DNA of 64,000 bases, taken from the NCBI GenBank assembly GCA_040285855.1, contig JAUFOQ010000006.1:992001-1056000 (forward strand), read 5' to 3'. The first letter of the stretch is position 1, and the number at the start of each line of letters is the position of its first letter. This DNA is from Eukaryota sp. GEM-RC1 (Eukaryota). The notes under the pieces were generated by a model. The model was not told the origin of the DNA, ran no database searches, and saw only the letters and a program-made list of their open reading frames with translations. This document shows positions 61,526-64,000 of this stretch, one piece after another. Position numbers and translations under genes: made by a program.

Positions 61526-63890
61526 CTAAAACTCATACACACTACGGTGCCGTTTCTTCTTTGGTGCTCCGACGCCACGTTTTACATCAGGAGGACTTAA
61601 AGGAGTAGCATTGCTTGTCCAAACACTTCTATCTCGGGGAGGAACTACCCAACTCTCATAAATCTTACTCTGAGTCTTCCTCGCAAAACATTCATCTACG
61701 TTCTCCAAGGGCTTTGAGTTAACCGACATTAAAGCCATACAGGCATGAATACATAGAATGGCTTCTGTTTGCCATCTTCCGCAGTCACAATTTTGCTGAT
61801 CCAAATCGACAATATAGATTCTTTGTCTTTCATCAGTTACTTCAATAAATCTCCCATTGTTATGAGCTGTCATCATCCGAGCTTTCCCAATTCTTCCCTC
61901 CATTGTGGTCATAACAGATGGAACGAACTCCATTGTGGATTCACTTGACGCCTTTGCGTACTTCTCTTGTCAATCTCTCATTTTTTCCCGAATAGATTCC
62001 AGTAGAGGGATTAATGGAGCTCCTTTAGTTTCACGTATTACAGAGTTGAAACTCTCGGAAATATTAGATGTTAAATGACCATACCGACAACATGGAAAAT
62101 GACACAAAGTCCAGTGTTCCTTGATATCCATTAGCATGTCGGGAGCTTGACGACTAAGAATTCTGATTTTTTGCATTACAATCAGGAAGTCTTCTACCGT
62201 TGTACTTCCAGCAGCCTGCCAAATTAGTTTCATAAGACCTCTTTTCTGAAATTTCTTAAACAATTACAGTAAACAGTGTAATTAGTGTGGACCACACTAA
62301 TTCTATACAAATTTTTCAGCATCGAAAATTAGAATTAGTGTGGTCCATACTAATTGTTACCCTTACTAATTCTAATTCTTATTTATTAGTGTGGTCCACA
62401 GTAAATTCAGATATTATAAATTAGTGTAGTGTATTAAAAGTCAATTTGTTGAGCTATACAAAAATCTACTCGTCAATATCATCATCATCATTTGTTGTTC
62501 CTCAGGCCAACTATCTGGCTTCAATCCTAGAAAGTTTTTAAAAATAGAAGTTTTGCCGGTATTTGTCAATGATAAGTTGGGGTTCTGGCTTGAGCTGTGA
62601 CTCTTCCCATCTCCTAGTAGTGTTCAATGCAAGACCACATAAGATCATTGCCTTTCTTGGATACGTTAACCCCTCTTCATCACGTTGCTCATTCAGTTTC
62701 TGGATGAATCTTGATACTAGTTCCAGAAAGTATTTCTCTTAAGTTTACCACTTTTTCCCAATTCTCATTCTCAATCAGAAGTTGTGTTAAGCTTTTGAAG
62801 AGCAGCCAGAATGGGTGAGCCACAAACCATTAAGAGTGAAAGAGCTTACTAATTTCATTGTTCACATACAATCAAACTATTATATCACTAATTTCATACT
62901 TTTGTAGGAAGGTTACGGTTGTATAAGGTTGTATATTCACTCTGTAGTAGTGGTACTGTAGTTTCATTTGTAAACAAAGTTGTATTGTAGTAGTATTCAC
63001 ACTATTTCATTATAAAATAATCAATAATTGAAGAAGGAAAATTAGAATTAGTGTGGTCCACACTGATTGTTGACCTTACTAATTTTAAATCCACACTAAT
63101 TACACTGTTTACTGTAGCCACCAAATGGCGGACACAATATCCATGAGGTTTGTTGTTGCTAAATATCTCACTGATACTGGACAACAACCCCTTTTGTCGG
63201 TCTGACAAGAATATAACTTCATTGAGTGGCACTTCAACACACTCCATCCACTTTTTAAATGTGTAAAAAAGTACTTCCAATTGCTAGTGTTCTCCACAGA
63301 AACAACTAAATAACAGAGAGGGTACACATGGCCATCTGCATCTAGAGTAGTAGCAGTTAGCAAAATTCTTCTGTGTTTTGAGAAAAGATGAGTCCCATCG
63401 ACTGAGATAACTTTGCGGCAATGTCGAAGGGCCTCAAATCTTGGCTTCAGTCCAATAAAACAACGTTGAAAAACACCATCATCATCTTCCAGATTGATTT
63501 CAGATCCAGGATTTCTTTCTTCTAATTCATCTAGATAAGCAGGAAGATCAATATAAGAATCTTCAGGTGAGCCATAAGTGGAGGCAAGAAGTCGATTACG
63601 TGCTCTATACGCACAAGCAGTAGATGTATCAACAGCATACAAGGTCTTCATAGCAGCTACGATATCATTGGCTGTTATATTTCTGTTGTGGGAGCACATA
63701 TCCATGAAGAAAGGATGGGAAGAAATAAAGGTCGCTGTAGCGTTTTTATGTTTGCAAGACTGCAGTGCAGAGCAAGAGTGTTCGACTAGTGTAGTAATGT
63801 ACCAATTATCGTCTTGTCTTTTATGACTGTTCAAAGAAAACGTGCAAACTGCCACTGTACAGCGAATCAAAAGCCTTGTGGTGTCTGAGT
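61526..63890 (-). pseudogene. MULE DDE transposase with SWIM zinc finger, disrupted
   Basis: VISVDGTHL, FLSDRQKGL, CVRHL, TSNISESFN, SWIM CDCGRWQ...LCIHA; frameshifts plus a nested insertion. Confidence 0.9.
62267..63114. mobile_element. Non-autonomous Tc1/mariner-pogo-like element nested in the MULE transposase
   Basis: Perfect 25-bp TIR CAGTAAACAGTGTAATTAGTGTGGA, TA on both flanks, internal ATTAGTGTGG repeats. Confidence 0.9.
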
Positions 63891-64000
63891 GAGTAGTTTT
63901 TAAGCATCACTGGTATTTTTGAAGAAGCATGGTATAAGTGTAATTCCGAATTTTCGTTGACTGGTATTTCTGTAATAATCCCTAATAAATACACTCAACA

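Larger units (their letters stand above)
61387..63982 (-). mobile_element. Complete Mutator-like (MULE) DNA transposon
   Basis: Imperfect ~75-bp TIRs (GGG...AAATACCAGT...TACCAT...ATACCAGTGA); perfect 9-bp TSD TAATAAATA (61378-61386, 63983-63991). Confidence 0.92.

Overview
AT-rich DNA from a unicellular eukaryote using the standard code, with very short GT-AG introns (29-38 nt). Many genes carry apparent 1-bp indels, probably assembly errors plus real TE decay. Host genes: Asteroid/FAM120-type PIN nuclease, SWEET transporter, RAD54B/Rdh54, tRNA-Lys(CTT), RhoGAP-like/MORN protein, SMG1-like PIKK, LRR and SEL1 repeat proteins, akirin, ARPC1, DCN1, a RING-kinase-UBL-CBM48 protein and an RCC1-repeat protein. 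Mobile DNA is abundant: a complete MULE with a 9-bp TSD and a nested TA-flanked Tc1/pogo-like element, several hAT-type MITEs with 8-bp TSDs, RLE-type non-LTR retrotransposon fragments, and a three-copy repeat carrying a PD-(D/E)XK fragment. The highlight is a ~4.75-kb Fanzor (eukaryotic TnpB-like RNA-guided nuclease) element at 33050-37799 on the minus strand. It has a recognisable structured omega-RNA, a C-terminal CCHC knuckle, and an upstream, possibly fused, family-B DNA polymerase-type 3'-5' exonuclease domain. Its ~325-bp terminus is shared with a PIF1-helicase/tandem-repeat element at 1-3681, suggesting a Helitron2/Helentron-like parent element. All homology calls are by-eye motif recognition, not database searches.
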